A DNA stretch of 64,000 nucleotides from Octopus vulgaris (GCA_951406725.2 OX597818.1:92132001-92196000); one strand, 5' to 3'. Shown: positions 1 to 14,101, counted from the stretch's first letter. The notes: a model not told the origin generated them from the letters alone. A program made the numbers and translations.

Positions 1-117
1 AAACTGGCCCTTATGAACCAGGTGTGGCTCGAGAAGCAACAATCATACAGCTTATTTCAGCTTTCCCGTGCTTGCAATTTCCATCTCTTTCTATATTTAC
101 ATTGCAACACCTCACTT

Positions 118-343
118 TATTTACTTTTACTTTTACTTGTTTCAATCATTTGACTGCGACCATGCTGGAGCATCACCTTTAGTCGAGCAAATCGACCCCA
201 GGACTTATTCTTTGTAAGTCTAGTACTTATTCTATCCATCTCTTTTTCCGAACCACTAAGTTACGGGGGCATAAACACACCAACATCAGTTGTCAAACAA
301 TGTTAGGAGGACAAAAAAGACACACAAACATACACACACGCAC

Positions 344-375
<32 letters not shown>

Positions 376-537
376 GACGGGCTTCATTCAGTTTCCATCT
401 ACTAAATCCACTCGCAATGCTTTTGTCGGCTCGAGGCTATAGTAGAAGACAGTTGCCCATGGTGCCACGTAGTAGGACTGAACCCGGAACCATGTGGTTC
501 GTAAGCAAGCTACTTACCACACAGCCACTCTTGTGCC
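118..537 (-). mobile_element. tRNA-derived SINE, family A (octopus-type, internal CA/TA microsatellite)
   Basis: Reverse complement gives the head ggcacaagagtggctgtgtggtaag...ggttcagtcc (A/B-box-like), the body, an internal (TA)n/(TG)n tract and the tail gaaacaagtaaaagtaaaa. The same element recurs more than 10 times in the window. Confidence 0.85.
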
Positions 538-1280
538 CTAAAATAATTTCTGCAATTATTTTAACTCGATTAATGGCCTTTTAAACCCAGCACTGCCAGT
601 GACACAATTAGTACTTATATAGCGTCTCAGTTGTTTACGCCAGAGGATGAATCTTCTGTCCATGGTACACGTGTCCAATGAGACTAAAGTTAGTTTTCAC
701 CTTATAACATTTATAGCAACACCTAATATGAAAAGAGAAGTCAATATGTGAAGACGTGAGTTTATTATTGTTATTGTTAGTGGCAGTAGATGTGGTGGTA
801 GAGGTGGTAGTGGTGGTGGAGGTGTGTAGTGGTGTTTGTTAATCTCAGTTTAACCTTGATACAGTGGACCTTTTATGTAAGTTTCAGTTTTGACCATCCG
901 ATCTTTTTACTAGGTGTCAACCTCAGAAGTTTCGAAGAGGTTACGTAGAACACTATCAGGTATATTTCCTGCAGACAAAACCAATACGAAAAATCTAAAA
1001 AAGATTGCATTTCTTATTATATCGTTTCATTCAAGAACTCAGAAACTAGTCTCTGGTTGCAGGCTTAGCTGGATGGAGGTGCTTGTCTCCCCCTTGTAAA
1101 CATAAGGACACAGGAAAAGTGTCAAGGCCGACTGGAAGCGTTGATGCTACCTATAAATAGCAGTGGTGTGATTCCCTTCATGGGACTGTCACATTAAGTT
1201 GACAGTATACAACTACTCTATCGTACCACTACTGCTTATATCTCTCTGACATATTTAGAAATATAAAATTCATATATATA

Positions 1281-1319
1281 CAGAGAGTGAGAGAGAGAGA
1301 GAGAAAGAAAGAAAGAAAA

Positions 1320-1402
<83 letters not shown>
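1281..1402. repeat. (GA)n/(GAAA)n microsatellite
   Basis: Direct tandem repeat; source of the spurious FFLS and KKER ORFs. Confidence 0.95.
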
Positions 1403-1404
<2 letters not shown>

Positions 1405-2171
1405 GTGTGTCTTTGCACCTATTTGTCTCACTACCACCACCGCTTGACAACCGTTGTTGGTTTGTTTACGAAATGTACCTTAGCAGTTCGATAAACAAAT
1501 GCTGATAGAATATTACCAGATTTAACTAAACAAAAATACTGTTGTCGATTTGTTCCACTAAAACACTTCAAAGCAGTACACCAGCATGGCCGCAGTTCAA
1601 AGACTAAATCAAGCAAAAGAAAAAAATATTCACAATTTTGTTATACTCATGTACGGAAAGAAATAATTTATTTTACAGATTTTTCCTTTTTTTTTTTTTT
1701 TGTACTTTAAAATAAAATCTTGTTTTAATTCTCATACGAAGCACTCTAGTAATTTTTTTTGAATTTCACTCCCCAGGGCATCAGTACGTTTATTAATTGA
1801 ACCTCTGGTGTTCCGATAATAATTATTTATTTAATATCCTCTACGCCACGCAGCCAAAAAAGTGAGAACTACTGAATAGAAATTAATTTAGTTGTCGTGC
1901 TTAAGGGTCGGGGTTACTTTTGTAAATAATGATTTCTGGTTGAGACACACGGCTAGCAATTTTAAGGGAAGGAATTTAGTCGATATATATCTTATTTTAT
2001 CGATTCCAGAAGTACGAAAGGCAAAGTTGACTTCGGTCGGATTTCAGCTCAAAACGTAAAGAGCCGGAAGTCGACTTAGACACATGGACAGAAATTTCAA
2101 GGGCGAAGAGATTTCTTAATACTATTTACCGCAGTATGGGAACGGGGTTTTATTGTAACCATGTGCCAATA

Positions 2172-2385
2172 TTCTTTTCTACTCTAGACACAAGGCTCAA
2201 AATTTTGAGGAAGAGGGCCAGTCGATTACATCGACCCCAGTACGCAACGGGCACTTAATTTATGGACCCGGAAAGGATGAAAGGCAAAGTCGACCTCGGC
2301 GGAATTTGAACTCAGAACGTAAAGACAGACGAAATACCGCAAAGCATTACGCCCGGACTGCTAACATTTCTGCCAGCTCGCCGTC
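2172..2385 (-). mobile_element. tRNA-derived SINE, family B
   Basis: Reverse complement gives ggcgagctggcagaaatgttagc...ctgagttcaaattccgccgaggtcgactttgcctttcatcctt. Other copies at about 14492-15230, 26700-26845, 50413-50627 and 54579-54804. Confidence 0.8.
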
Positions 2386-2937
2386 TTACCGTGTGCCAAT
2401 ATTACCGTTGCGCAGGCAGCGATCTGGCAGAATTGTTAACAGTCCGGGCAAAACGCTTTTCGTCAGTCTTTACATTCTAAAGGTCTGATGGTCTGATGGA
2501 GGTGATTGTAGTAGGAGATGGTGATCTCGACAACTACCACAAACACGGCGGCGACGAAGAAGCGGCATCTACAGCGACATCGGCGACATCAGCGGCGGGG
2601 GCGGCAATGACAAAGACAAGGGGAACAACGACGAGGACGACGGCGGCGGCGGTCACGACGACGACGGTGGTGGCGGCGACGATGCTCAGATGCGACGACC
2701 ACGATGCCGACGACGTTGATGGCGAAGATGACGATGATGGCAATGGAGATATTGATTTTGATCATTGTGTTTCTATGATGATATTAACGCTGGTCCTGAT
2801 AGGGGTGATTCTGACAGTGACAAACTAATAATCATCATATAACACCGTAGATTAGTGGTGATTGCCTAATATGTAGCATACATTTATACATACATACAAT
2901 TATACACATATACACATGTGTATATATATACATACAA

Positions 2938-3012
<75 letters not shown>

Positions 3013-3037
3013 TGTGTGAGTGTGTATGTTTGTGTGT

Positions 3038-3283
3038 GGAGGGGCGTGGTTTAGTGGTTAGGGTGTCAGCATCATGAGCGTAAGATTGTGGTTTCGATTC
3101 CTGGACCGGGCGACGCGTTGTGTTCTTGAGCAAAATACTTCATTTCACGTTGCCCCAGTCCACTCAGCTGACAAAAATGAGTAACTCTGCGATGGACTGG
3201 CATCCCGTCCAGCTGGGGAACACATACGCCATTGAAACTGGGAAACCGGGCCCATAAGCCTGGCTAGGCTTTAAAAGGGCGTA
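3038..3283 (+). mobile_element. tRNA-derived SINE with CORE-like and V-domain-like segments
   Basis: Head ggcgtggtttagtggttagg...ggtttcgattcc, then tgtgttcttgagcaaaatactt and gcgatggactggcatcccgtccag. Domain names are from recall. Confidence 0.7.
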
Positions 3284-3290
3284 TTTATTT

Positions 3291-3337
<47 letters not shown>

Positions 3338-3339
<2 letters not shown>

Positions 3340-3849
3340 GTAGATCCTCGAGTATAGTCCGCCTTTAAGTATAATATGCAGGGGACCTGTACCTCGGAAA
3401 AACCTAAGCCTTGTGTATAATACGCACCCTTTCTCTAACTTGAGACAAGGAGGTCTATATAACGTCCTTGGTTTGTAAAAATGTATACGGTAACGTCCTT
3501 TATTATTATAGTTCATATAATATAATGCAAACGTGTAGCTTTTTTGTGCATTTTGTTTGCAGAAAATAAAGAAATAACAGTAATAACAGTAATAACGTTT
3601 AATAAATGTTGCTTACTGCAAATTATGGATGATTCTTTTATGATTTCATTGCTTTCAGGCTTAGCTTAAGGTATTTTCGCGCCCGACATCACAAAATGAG
3701 TCTGAATAAACATTGCCGGTCAGCAAATAGAGACTTGGACATTGCTTAGAAAATAATTTTCTTTTTTAACCTCGTATATAGTACGCACTAGGGATTTTAA
3801 CCGTTAAATTTTTTGGGGAAAAATGCGGATTATAGTCGAGGATTTACGG
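3338..3849. mobile_element. pogo/Tigger-like MITE (Tc1/mariner superfamily)
   Basis: Terminal inverted repeats ccgtagatcctcgagtatagtccgc / gcggattatagtcgaggatttacgg with TA on both sides. Confidence 0.8.
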
Positions 3850-4074
3850 TATATATGGAACAAAAACGCAACAGAGAACAATAAAACATTCGGACAGATA
3901 GACTATACAAAGACGGACAAGAGAAACAATACGACATATCTGTTGTGTAATCCGTGTAAGTTACATAATTGATGCCACTTCATCCGTTACACATAACATG
4001 AATATATATGTGTGTGTGTGTGTGTGTACACATTCATACACACACACACACACACACACACATACATATATAAA

Positions 4075-5642
4075 AATAATTAAGAGGAGGTGAAAGGATG
4101 AAAGGAAAAACGTTCATTCATACATGTTGGGGATATAGTGCCAAGATCAACTATGAGACGTTGCTCCTTCGTCTTCCTTTCCTAGAGAAGAGGGGGTCCG
4201 TGGCGCAAGGCCATACCATACACTGATAAATCTGCAATAGAATGATTCACAGTGTAGAAGTGGGTGGCGACAGATTGGCCTGGCATACAAAGCATTATGC
4301 TTCTGATGTGATCGCCAAAGCGATCCCCAAGGCGTCGCCTTGTTTCTCCAATGTAAAGAGCAACGCAGAGTTTGCATATGATGCAATATATGAGATTCGC
4401 CGAAGTGCAACAGAAGTTGTGTGTTATGTGATATTGCTTCTTGGGCCCCGTGATGGTGGTAATATTGTTGGTGTAGGAGCGAAAACATTAAAAGTTCCTG
4501 TGTTGTGTGGAGCTGGGAGCTGTGAAACTTCTAAGAAAGAAATTTCTAAGACACCAATTTTTTTAAAAGATAGGAGACGTGGTGTGGAAAAGATAGGGGC
4601 GGTTGTTGGGTCAGAAAGAAGAATGCGAAAGTTGTAGATGCGTTTATGGTTTGGAGGAAGGATGGACGGGTGGTAGGTGAGAGAGAGTGAGATACGGTCG
4701 GTGGAAGTGCGTAAAGATGGTAGGAGAGCTGTGGTGTGGTCGATGGCTTGGGATCGGTAGAGTGCGGAGTTGACAACTGATGGAGGATATCCTCGATTTA
4801 GAAAAAACTGTCGCATCGTTTTGCAATGGAATTCGAAATCCGAATTGATGCTGCAAAATCGTAGAAGGCGAAGAAATTGAGAGAAAGGTATAACAGATTT
4901 AATGTGATTGGGATGAGAGGAAGACTAGTGGAGGTAGGTGTGGGAGTCAGTAGGTGGAGTCAGTAGGTGGAGTCAGTAGTAGTGGAGAGGTGGGTATTGT
5001 GTTTCTTGGCGGAGATGTCAAGAAAACAAACAGAAGTATCAGATATGGTGTGGGTGAATTCCAAGGCTAGGTGAAAGGTGTTAACAAAAGAAATAAAATC
5101 GTTGAGCTGTTGTCTGTTAAGGCTTGTGGTACCAATGCAGTGGCCTATGTAACGACCATAAAGCTCTGGGATGGGTCCAGGGAAGTGAGCAAAGATTTGC
5201 TCCTCTATATAACCTATAAAGAAGTTGGCATAATTGGGGCCCATCCTGGTGCCCATAGCAACACCACCATAGAATATACCTGAGAAGGAAAAAGAAGTGA
5301 GTGTTAAGACGAGTTCAGCTAGGCGGAGGAGTGTATTAGTGCTGGATTCAGGTACAAATCGACGGTCTAAGAAGTGTTTGAGTGCTAGTAGACCGTCACT
5401 GAGAGGGATGACTGTGTACAAAGATTTAATGTCCATGGTGAAAAGCAGTTTGGATTCACCAGGCAGAAAAGAGAATGCGTTGAAGAAGTGTAGTGCATGG
5501 TTAGTGTCTTTTATATTTGAAGGTAGAGCAGTGACGAGAGGAGATAAAAGTTTGTCGAGGCAGGAAGATAAAGGTTCTGTGGGACAATTGCACAACTACA
5601 AGCAGAGACAATAGGGCGGCCTAGATTATCTTGTTTATGCAT
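4075..5642 (-). pseudogene. Penelope-like retroelement, degenerate RT and GIY-YIG endonuclease
   Basis: ORF 4960-5595 carries PLE RT motifs (MDIKSLYT, GVAMGTRMGP, YGRYIGHC for YxDD, FLDI). Downstream frames give FLNRGYP and SLTYHP. Many frameshifts. Confidence 0.9.
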
Positions 5643-6213
5643 TCACCCAGTGAATTTGACGCTGGTGCCAATATAGAAAGTTTCCCTCCGTCAAATCCAA
5701 CTCAGGGCATTTTTCTACCACAGAAACCCAGTTTCTCCAATTAAGGACGACTTTACCACACTCAAAAAGCGTTTCTCCAACTGGACACCAAACCCAGGAT
5801 TACACCGTTCATCGGTAGATGTATTCATTAAGAAATGCCGTTTGACCTCGGTACCTTCAATTTCGATAGAAAATCAAGGATTTCGAACCTTCCCCAATCG
5901 GAACTGGATGCCCTCCGGAAGCTCCGCCAACGCAAGGACATTGTTATCAAGCCTACCGACAAAGGGAGCGCTGTTGTTGTTTGGCGAGCCGACCTTTACA
6001 GAAAAGAAGCACTCCGCCAACTCAACGACCCAAGATACAACATGAAGATACCAAATGATCTTACCAAACGTTACTAGTGGAATATTTCGACCACTGTACG
6101 TCAGCTGATCTCTTCTGGTTCACTGCCACGCACTGCCACCAATCTCATTGTCACCACTATCTATTTCGTCCCTAAAATACTTAAACAAGACAATTCCGGC
6201 CGCTCTATTGTCT
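5643..6213 (+). pseudogene. Inverted 5' segment of the same Penelope-like element
   Basis: ORF 5835-6077 (NLPQSELDALRKLRQRKDIVIKPTDKGSAVVVW) is the typical pre-RT PLE motif. The segment ends at PKI-KQDN-GR-IV, where the minus-strand part begins. Confidence 0.85.
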
Positions 6214-6219
6214 GTGTGT

Positions 6220-6264
<45 letters not shown>

Positions 6265-6597
6265 AGTGCGTTTGCGTATATGTGTGTGTACTTTTGTGCA
6301 TTACACTATGCATATATTCCAAAATATAAGAGGGTATATGTCAATATAATTTAATGCTTTATCGGCGCCGAAAGTAGAATTCATTCCAATGTTTCAACGA
6401 TAAAATATTACTACTGTTACGTTTCTGTTTAGTTAACTTTGTCTTATTTCTGATTAATCACTATGGTTGATTACTAGTTCGCACAAGTAATTATTTAAAG
6501 AATTACGAATTAATTGTGAAATGTGTGCGCGTGTATGTATGTATGTGAGTATATATATATGTGTGTGTGTGTGTATAAATATATGTATATATATATT

Positions 6598-6677
<80 letters not shown>

Positions 6678-6712
6678 CATATATATATATGTATGTATGT
6701 ATGTATATTCCA

Positions 6713-7227
6713 AGAAAGTTAGACGTTGTGAATCCAACCAACTAAGGGATAACATCTATCCAATATACTGCTGGTAGAATACCCAATTATTAATATACAA
6801 GTGTTTTTTATTGAATTGCAGTTACATTACCGAGCGTACTAGATGGATGAGGGTAATGAGTTATTTTACCATTAATTTATAGAGCAATAAGAAAATGGAG
6901 GGGATCAATAGATGGTTCATCAACTTTTAGACATTATATTATGTCAATTTATTTATTCATTTACTAAAATGACGATTACAAGAATATACATACATGTATA
7001 GCATATTATGCTTTAGATATAAAATATAGAAATATACCAGTAATTATTTCCTGTATGTTATATTTTAATAATTACTGGTATCTTTATATGTTTTATATGT
7101 AAAGCATATGTTATACATGTACGTATATTCTTGAAATGGTCATTTTGGTAAATAAATAAATAAGTTGACATAATATAATGTTTAAAAGTTGATGAATCAC
7201 CTATTGATCCCCTCCATTTTCTTATTG

Positions 7228-7230
<3 letters not shown>
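6713..7230 (-). mobile_element. Fold-back PLE-like terminal repeat (arms about 6881-7047 and 7068-7230, unpaired tail of about 170 nt)
   Basis: Imperfect inverted repeat bounded by agagcaataagaaaatggag / ctccattttcttattgctct and flanked by microsatellites. Related to 14102-14456 and 21910-22168. Confidence 0.7.
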
Positions 7231-7311
<81 letters not shown>

Positions 7312-7320
7312 ATATTTATC

Positions 7321-7487
7321 GGATCAGGACAATTACCCTACTAGAACAGTTACTCCCCACCCCATAGGACAATTCTCTCCGACAAAACCCTCCCCAATAT
7401 ATTAAGAAGTTTTAAATCATCATCTGTTCTTCTCAGAGTAATTGTACTTGGGAGGGTTATTGCCATGGAGGGTAAATGTCCTAGACT
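7321..7487. mobile_element. Degenerate short MITE
   Basis: TIR-like ends aggacaattaccc / gggtaaatgtcct with internal subrepeats. Confidence 0.5.
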
Positions 7488-7646
7488 TATATATATATAT
7501 ATGTGTGTGTGTGTGTCTGCGTGTGTGTGTGTGTCCTACAATTCTATATATATATATATGGTGGGGTATGTGTCTTTATGTTTGGATATGTTTATGTTTA
7601 TATATGTATATATACAGACATACTTATATATAAATATATATGCATA

Positions 7647-7815
7647 GGCGTAGGAGTGGCTGTGTGGTAAGTAGCTTGCTTACCAACCACATGGTTCTGT
7701 GTTCAGTCCCACTGCGTGGTACCTTGGGCAAGTGTTTTCTACTATAGCCTCGGGCCGACCAATGCCTTGTAAGTGGATTTGGTAGACGGAAACTGAAAGA
7801 AGCCCGTCGTATATA

Positions 7816-7894
<79 letters not shown>

Positions 7895-8109
7895 TTGTGT
7901 GTCCTGTGTTCCCCCGCCCCCAACATCGCTTGACAACCGATGCTGGTGTGTCTCCGTAACTTAGCGGTTCGGCAAAATTGACCGATAGAATAAGTACTAG
8001 GCTTACGAAGAATAAGTCATGGGGTCGATTTGCTCGACTAAAGGAGGTGCTCCAGCATGGCCACGGTCAAATGACTGAAACAAGTAAAAGAGTAAAATAG
8101 TAAAAGAGT
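7647..8109 (+). mobile_element. SINE family A, full length
   Basis: Runs from head ggcgtaggagtggctgtgtgg to tail gaaacaagtaaaagagtaaaa. Confidence 0.85.
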
Positions 8110-8812
8110 ATGTATGTACGTATGTATGAACGTATGCATGTATGTGTGTATGTATGTATGACTGTATGTATGCATGTATATATATATGTATCTCTGATTT
8201 TTAACTTAACTTACTCCGACTGAATATAAATCTATGTATAATTTAATTAATTCATTTTTAAATTGATTATTTCGTCACCATTAATATTATCCAGCACTAT
8301 CAACTTTACGTGACCTTACACACAGGCCAACACCTCTTCAGACACACTGGCACATGCATGAGTTATAGCAACACTCCCACACACATAAATGCACACACAC
8401 ACACACACACACACATGAACGTACACACTAAGAGTAACACATTGCAACACATGACAGGCTCACTGGCATACATAGATTACCAGACAGATATATCGATATA
8501 CACACACATACAGAGGTGTATATTCGCAGTCACACACAATTCCATTGTTGACATACTATATGTACATTAGCACTCATGATTTAATAAATACTCATCTGTG
8601 TGTATATATATATATATAAACATAAGTTAATACATGTCAACACACCATATATACAATGGTTAACATTACAGATACAGGTTAACATTACAGATACACGAAC
8701 GTGTATATATACATACATCTAATGACCACACAGAAGTTGAAAACACATGAAGGTCAACATGTTAACCCAATACAGACTCACTGACGCACAGAAGTTAACA
8801 ACAGAAATACAC

Positions 8813-8848
<36 letters not shown>

Positions 8849-8971
8849 AATCCCAAAAAATGAGAGACAATATATATATGTATGTGTGTATGTATGTATG
8901 TATGTATGTATGTATATACCTATCTATCTATCTGTATATATATATATATAGTAAATCCCAGAAAATGAAGG

Positions 8972-9014
<43 letters not shown>

Positions 9015-9230
9015 ATGTATGTATGTATGTATGTATGTATGTATGTATGTATGTATGTATGCATGTATGTATGTATGCATGTATGTATGTATGTATGTAT
9101 GTATGTATATACCTATCTATCTGTCTGTATATATATATATAGGGAGAATTTACGAAAAAAAACAAAATTCGAAGACAGTGGTGTACAAAACAAACAGATG
9201 TATTAGTATAACACTCAGGAATAGAAAATG

Positions 9231-9268
9231 CCTTTTACGTTTCGAGCCTACGCTCTTCTACAGAAAGG
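9231..9268 (-). ncRNA. Minimal type I hammerhead-like motif with A6U core variant, in a PLE-like terminus (9141-9345)
   Basis: Reverse complement: ccuuu CUGUAGA a gagc-guag-gcuc GAAA cg UA aaagg. Confidence 0.55.
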
Positions 9269-9550
9269 GACACAGAAAAAAAACAAGGAGAGAAACTTGG
9301 AGAGGAAAAAACGTGTGTAGTGGCTAACGATCTATCATGGCGACTATATGTATATATATATATATGCAAATGTCCACGTATGCCAACTTACCACACAGAC
9401 TTTTGACACGCAGAAGTAAGCACCTTACAGATACGCGTATACAAAAACGTTTACAGGTTCACACCACCCAAACATATAATATATATTGTTTATTTCTTGG
9501 CTACTTAGAGTGTAAATTACAATATTGACAATTAGGAGAATGAAGAATTC

Positions 9551-9724
9551 GAACATTCAAAGTTTGTTTATTTCTTGTTAGTTTATTCATAGTAACTGTC
9601 CGTCACGTGTTTCGATCGCATTAACTGCATATTGTTGCATGTATTCAGTTAATGCGATCGAAACACGTATCGGACTAGTATTGTGAAGAAGCTAACTCGA
9701 AATAAACATAGAGCTTGAATGTTC
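9551..9724. repeat. Imperfect palindrome of about 175 bp (fold-back/MITE-like)
   Basis: Perfect core acgtgtttcgatcgcattaactg / cagttaatgcgatcgaaacacgt, extending out to gaacattcaa / ttgaatgttc. Confidence 0.8.
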
Positions 9725-9759
9725 ACCTTTTTCAGTCTCTTTATCATATTATTTTATTC

Positions 9760-10231
9760 TTTTATTTGCTTCAGTCATTTGACTGCGGCCATGCTGGAGC
9801 CCCCGCCTTTAGTCGAGCAAATCAACCCCAGGACTTATTCTTTGTAAGCCTAGTATTCATTCTAACGGTCTCTTTTGCCGAACCGCTAACTTACGGTGAC
9901 ATAAACACACCAGCATAGGTTGTCAAGCGATGTTGGGGGAACAAACACAGACACACGAACATATACACATACATACATACATACATACATACATACATAC
10001 ATACATACATACATACATGCATACATACATACATACTCACATACATACATACATACATACATACATACATACATACATACATACATACATACATACATAC
10101 AGTTTCCATCTACCAAATCCTCTCACAAGGCTTGGTCGACCCGAGGCTATAGTAGAAGGCACTTACCGAAGGCGCCTCGTAGTGCGACTGAACCCGGAAC
10201 CATGTGGTTAGTAAGCAAGCTACTTACCACA
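9760..10231 (-). mobile_element. SINE family A with expanded internal (TACA)n
   Basis: Family A body and tail; the head is cut after tacttaccacac. Confidence 0.8.
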
Positions 10232-10324
10232 CTATATATATATAGTCAAAATGTGACCGCGTGTGTACCGTTGGCGATTTCCTTTTCCTCCGTCTTCCCT
10301 TCTTTGGTTCTTTCCTTTTCTTAT

Positions 10325-10359
10325 GTTTCTTACGAAGAGCTCCGCTCGAAACGTTAAAC
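10325..10359 (+). ncRNA. Mutated minimal hammerhead in a PLE-like terminus (10245-10461)
   Basis: guuu CUUACGA a gagc-ucc-gcuc GAAA cg UU aaac; the G5U change should inactivate it. A truncated sister copy lies at 20457-20535. Confidence 0.55.
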
Positions 10360-10459
10360 CCTCCTTCTTTCCTTCTTTCCTGAGCGTCCAGTAACACTAT
10401 ACTTGTTCCACGTCCTCGAGTTGCTGTGTTTTCTCTTTGTGTTTTCATGTTTGGATTAA

Positions 10460-10497
<38 letters not shown>

Positions 10498-12599
10498 TTG
10501 GCGCAATTAATCTTCCCCCTTTTGAGCATCAACTTTAATGGGAAATATCTCTCCTGTGTATAAATTTCGTTAATTGAAATAGTAATCATGCATTTTCAGT
10601 GAATCGGATTTTTAGTCGCTATTGAAACAACCAAGGATTGTAACACCAGCGCCACCACCATCGCTATAACTACCACTGTCATCGCTACAAATGTAGTAGT
10701 TGTTTAAATCATTGTTCAAAATTTAAACAAGTTTTGTCAAAATACTGCAATATTAAGAATTGCACACTGCAAAAAAAGGAAAAAAAGTACAGAACGTTTC
10801 ACTTCATAAAATAATAGAAACCCTAGAAGATTGTGTTTCGGTAAAGAAGAGTTTTGCAGGATATACTTGTTGAGACTATAAACAGGATAAATAGAAGCAT
10901 GGCAACTTATCGATCCATAAATAATGAAGACAGGTAAAATCAAATTGCTCATACATGCACAGGTATAACAATGTCTGGAATTTGTAGTGAGGTGGACAAT
11001 TTGGCGAAGTTGATGTAAATTACAGTATAGAGGACGAAGTGAGCGTCATTTATTCACGCGATTTAAGCGTCAGGATTTCTTCCTCGTACCGAATTATATG
11101 GGAAGACGAAGTTGGGTTTGAGACGTCTTGGCACAAACGTTTTGGTGCCACTTCTTTGACGTTGCTGATTTGACTCCGACTTATTCGACATCAGACCTCT
11201 TAATGTTTCTCTCCTCTCTCCTACTTCTCTCTATTTATGTGTGTGACCATATTTCTCTTTATATGTATAAGGAGAAAGACCATGTGTATGTCAGTCGTGT
11301 TCAATGAATAAATTATGCCTCTGCCTTTCTCTATATTCCTCTGTCTAGCTTCATGTGTATATTTCTGCGCACGCACGTATGCGCGCGAGTGTGTGTGGTG
11401 GGGTACCTCCAGCGCCAATGCGTATCGTAGCCAAAACAAGCTGAATGTCCACTTAGCCATGGCAAATCCTTATCGTCCAAACAGCTGCACCCATTCACCT
11501 CTGGTAGCTGTGGGCAACAATTTTACTCTCAGAAGTTGAAACAAATATCCTGGAATTGAAATTGAAAATGTAATTGATGGGGGTGGTAATATAGAGTTCT
11601 TGTTTCAGGCTAAACAGAGCATGATAAAAGTCATACCTGACATATTTCACATAACAGACGAAGCTCAGCAAATTATGAAGTCTAGAAGAGAAAGCCCAGG
11701 AGCCATTTTTTTTTTATGGCACCAATAAGTTAATTGCTTTCAGACGGTGAAAAGCAGAAGACCCTCCCTGCTACAAACACTTTAGACACAACAGTAACCA
11801 CAACATCAACAGCATGTAAAGCAGAAGCAAAATTTGAAACAGTTGATATAGAGGTGCAGCCCCAACTACAGTACCAAAATCTACAACTGCAACAACTTCA
11901 ACAGCAGCAATAACTACATCAAAAGGTGCCCTAAAAGCAACAGCAGATCCCAATACAATACCTCCACTAAATGAAAACTTCTCGACAATTCCATCAGCGC
12001 ACATCACAGAAAAAACACAAATACACACACAGTAAATCTTACAAATGTGCAATCGAAACTAAAGAATCTAAACTAAAAAGGTTTGTGACTGAGGGTAGTG
12101 GATAGTAAGGAAAACCTCTCCCAAACGAGAAGTCGATATTCTTCTAGCACACGCGACAGCTAATGTAGCACCACAATCTGAAACTGCAACGAGAACAATA
12201 ACAATTTAAATGAAACTCTCAACCAGAAGTTCAACCACAATCACTGTAAAATGACCAGACAAGATAAACAGCAACAAAATCAAAACTAACAAGAAGACAA
12301 CTTCCTGAACTTCACTGTTATACAAATATACAATATTGAATTTACAGAAACGGTAATAAACGACAAAATATTGCTGCTAATGGAGAAGATTTTGAAGAGT
12401 TCTTCCCTAAAACTCATATGAACAGATTTTTATCATAAACTGAGAGATGCTCAAGGAAATATTTTCTTTTGGGGTTGGACTTTTTAGAAAAATACCCAAT
12501 AGAAATACTTCACAAAAGTCTTTCAAAACATCTTTCTTAATCAACAAGGAGACAAGATCAATCTACTGTCTCGAGGACCAATGTGGTTGACTACTCCCA

Positions 12600-13190
12600 T
12601 TTTATTTTCTCCAATAGACATCGTTATTCACAATGTCGTATGTTCAAATGTATGCAACTTGGGCTCAGCATGGAGACAAGGACCCTAGATATACATATAA
12701 TAATCAGCAGCGAGATCGGGTTCTCTCGAACGCACATACTTGGACCTATTTTTGATGACAATGATATATTCTCATCTCGTAGTCTATAGGTATCGGTTGA
12801 TGTGGTTGTAGTATTATTCCCCAAATCCTTCGATCTTACAATATAGGTAATATTCACGGACCTGACCATAAGTCAATGGTTTTGAATGTGACCGGCAGCG
12901 AACGCAGTGCTTTTAGACTAGTAGTGCCCCAACATGAGTAGAACAGCTAGAGTTTTTCAGACGTTGGAAGCATTCCTGGGAATGTCCCGATCACTATTAC
13001 AAGTGGGAAACTGGAACTGTATTTTAGATTCTCAAAACAATTCTGTTGGGCTAACGCGTAGAAGACGGTTCAAGAATCTCGTAAACCTGCTTAGATATTT
13101 CCCAATGTTTGACAAGTATGACAGAATTTCCTTAAGGGGCCCTGTTTATCCTCTTTATATCAAAACAGAGCATTTGTAAGGTCAGAGGAC
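12600..13190 (+). pseudogene. Degenerate L1/Tx1-like LINE, APE endonuclease remnant (probable ORF1 remnant upstream from about 11400)
   Basis: ORF 12934-13179 FQTLEAFLGMSRSLLQVGNWNCILD matches the APE GD(F/W)N motif region. Confidence 0.6.
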
Positions 13191-13763
13191 AGGAACTCAC
13201 AACGTTAAAATTCGAAAGAATTACTGCGAAGCATTCTTTTTCTGACACTTCAAAATTATATGAATAAGATAAAACAGAATTAGCAGCCATATCATTCATT
13301 TTGCTTCGCTATGATGTTGGACAAGATCTAAAAACATTTTCAGTTTTTGAAAAGAATTACAAATATTTTGCCTTTTTTCTTTTTCTCATCACACCTTTCC
13401 CAATAGGGCAACTCTTGTGACAAACATCAAATGATTAATTAATCTTTAAAAATAGAATAATTGAAAAACTAGATGAGTGTGTTTTGATCACTTGACCTTG
13501 TAAAATTAACCATCAAATATCCATCACTCTTCTCTACTCTCTAAAATAGATAAATAAATAAACAAAAGAGAACGGAAACACAAGCGCCTGCATCATCAAA
13601 GAAATATTGATAAATTCGCTGTTGTAATTGTTGATATTGGTTTAGGTCAAAGGCATTCCAGCCATGGCCAATTCATCTTCATTGCAGAACCCTTTGCCAG
13701 CACGAGCTTTAGATGTGTGTGTGTGTACGCACATGCATAGATGTGTGCATGTGTGTGTGTGTC

Positions 13764-13798
<35 letters not shown>

Positions 13799-14023
13799 GT
13801 CTGTCTGTGTTTGTCTGCCTCCATGGCTTGACAACCGATGCTGATATGTTTATGTCCCCGCAACGTGGTCAATAAAACAGTTCGATAGAATAAGTGCCAA
13901 GCTTTAAAAAAATAGATACTAGGATCTATTCGTTCGACTAATATCTTTCAAAGCAATACTCCAGCACGGCCGCAGTCTAATGGCTGAAATATATATGTAT
14001 GTATGTATGTAATATGCATATGT

Positions 14024-14101
<78 letters not shown>

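Noticed and set aside
2496-2828. GC-rich Thr/Ala/Asp ORF (likewise 50842-51327)
   Set aside because: Degenerate (GAC/GGC/GAT)n trinucleotide tracts with no splice or domain evidence.
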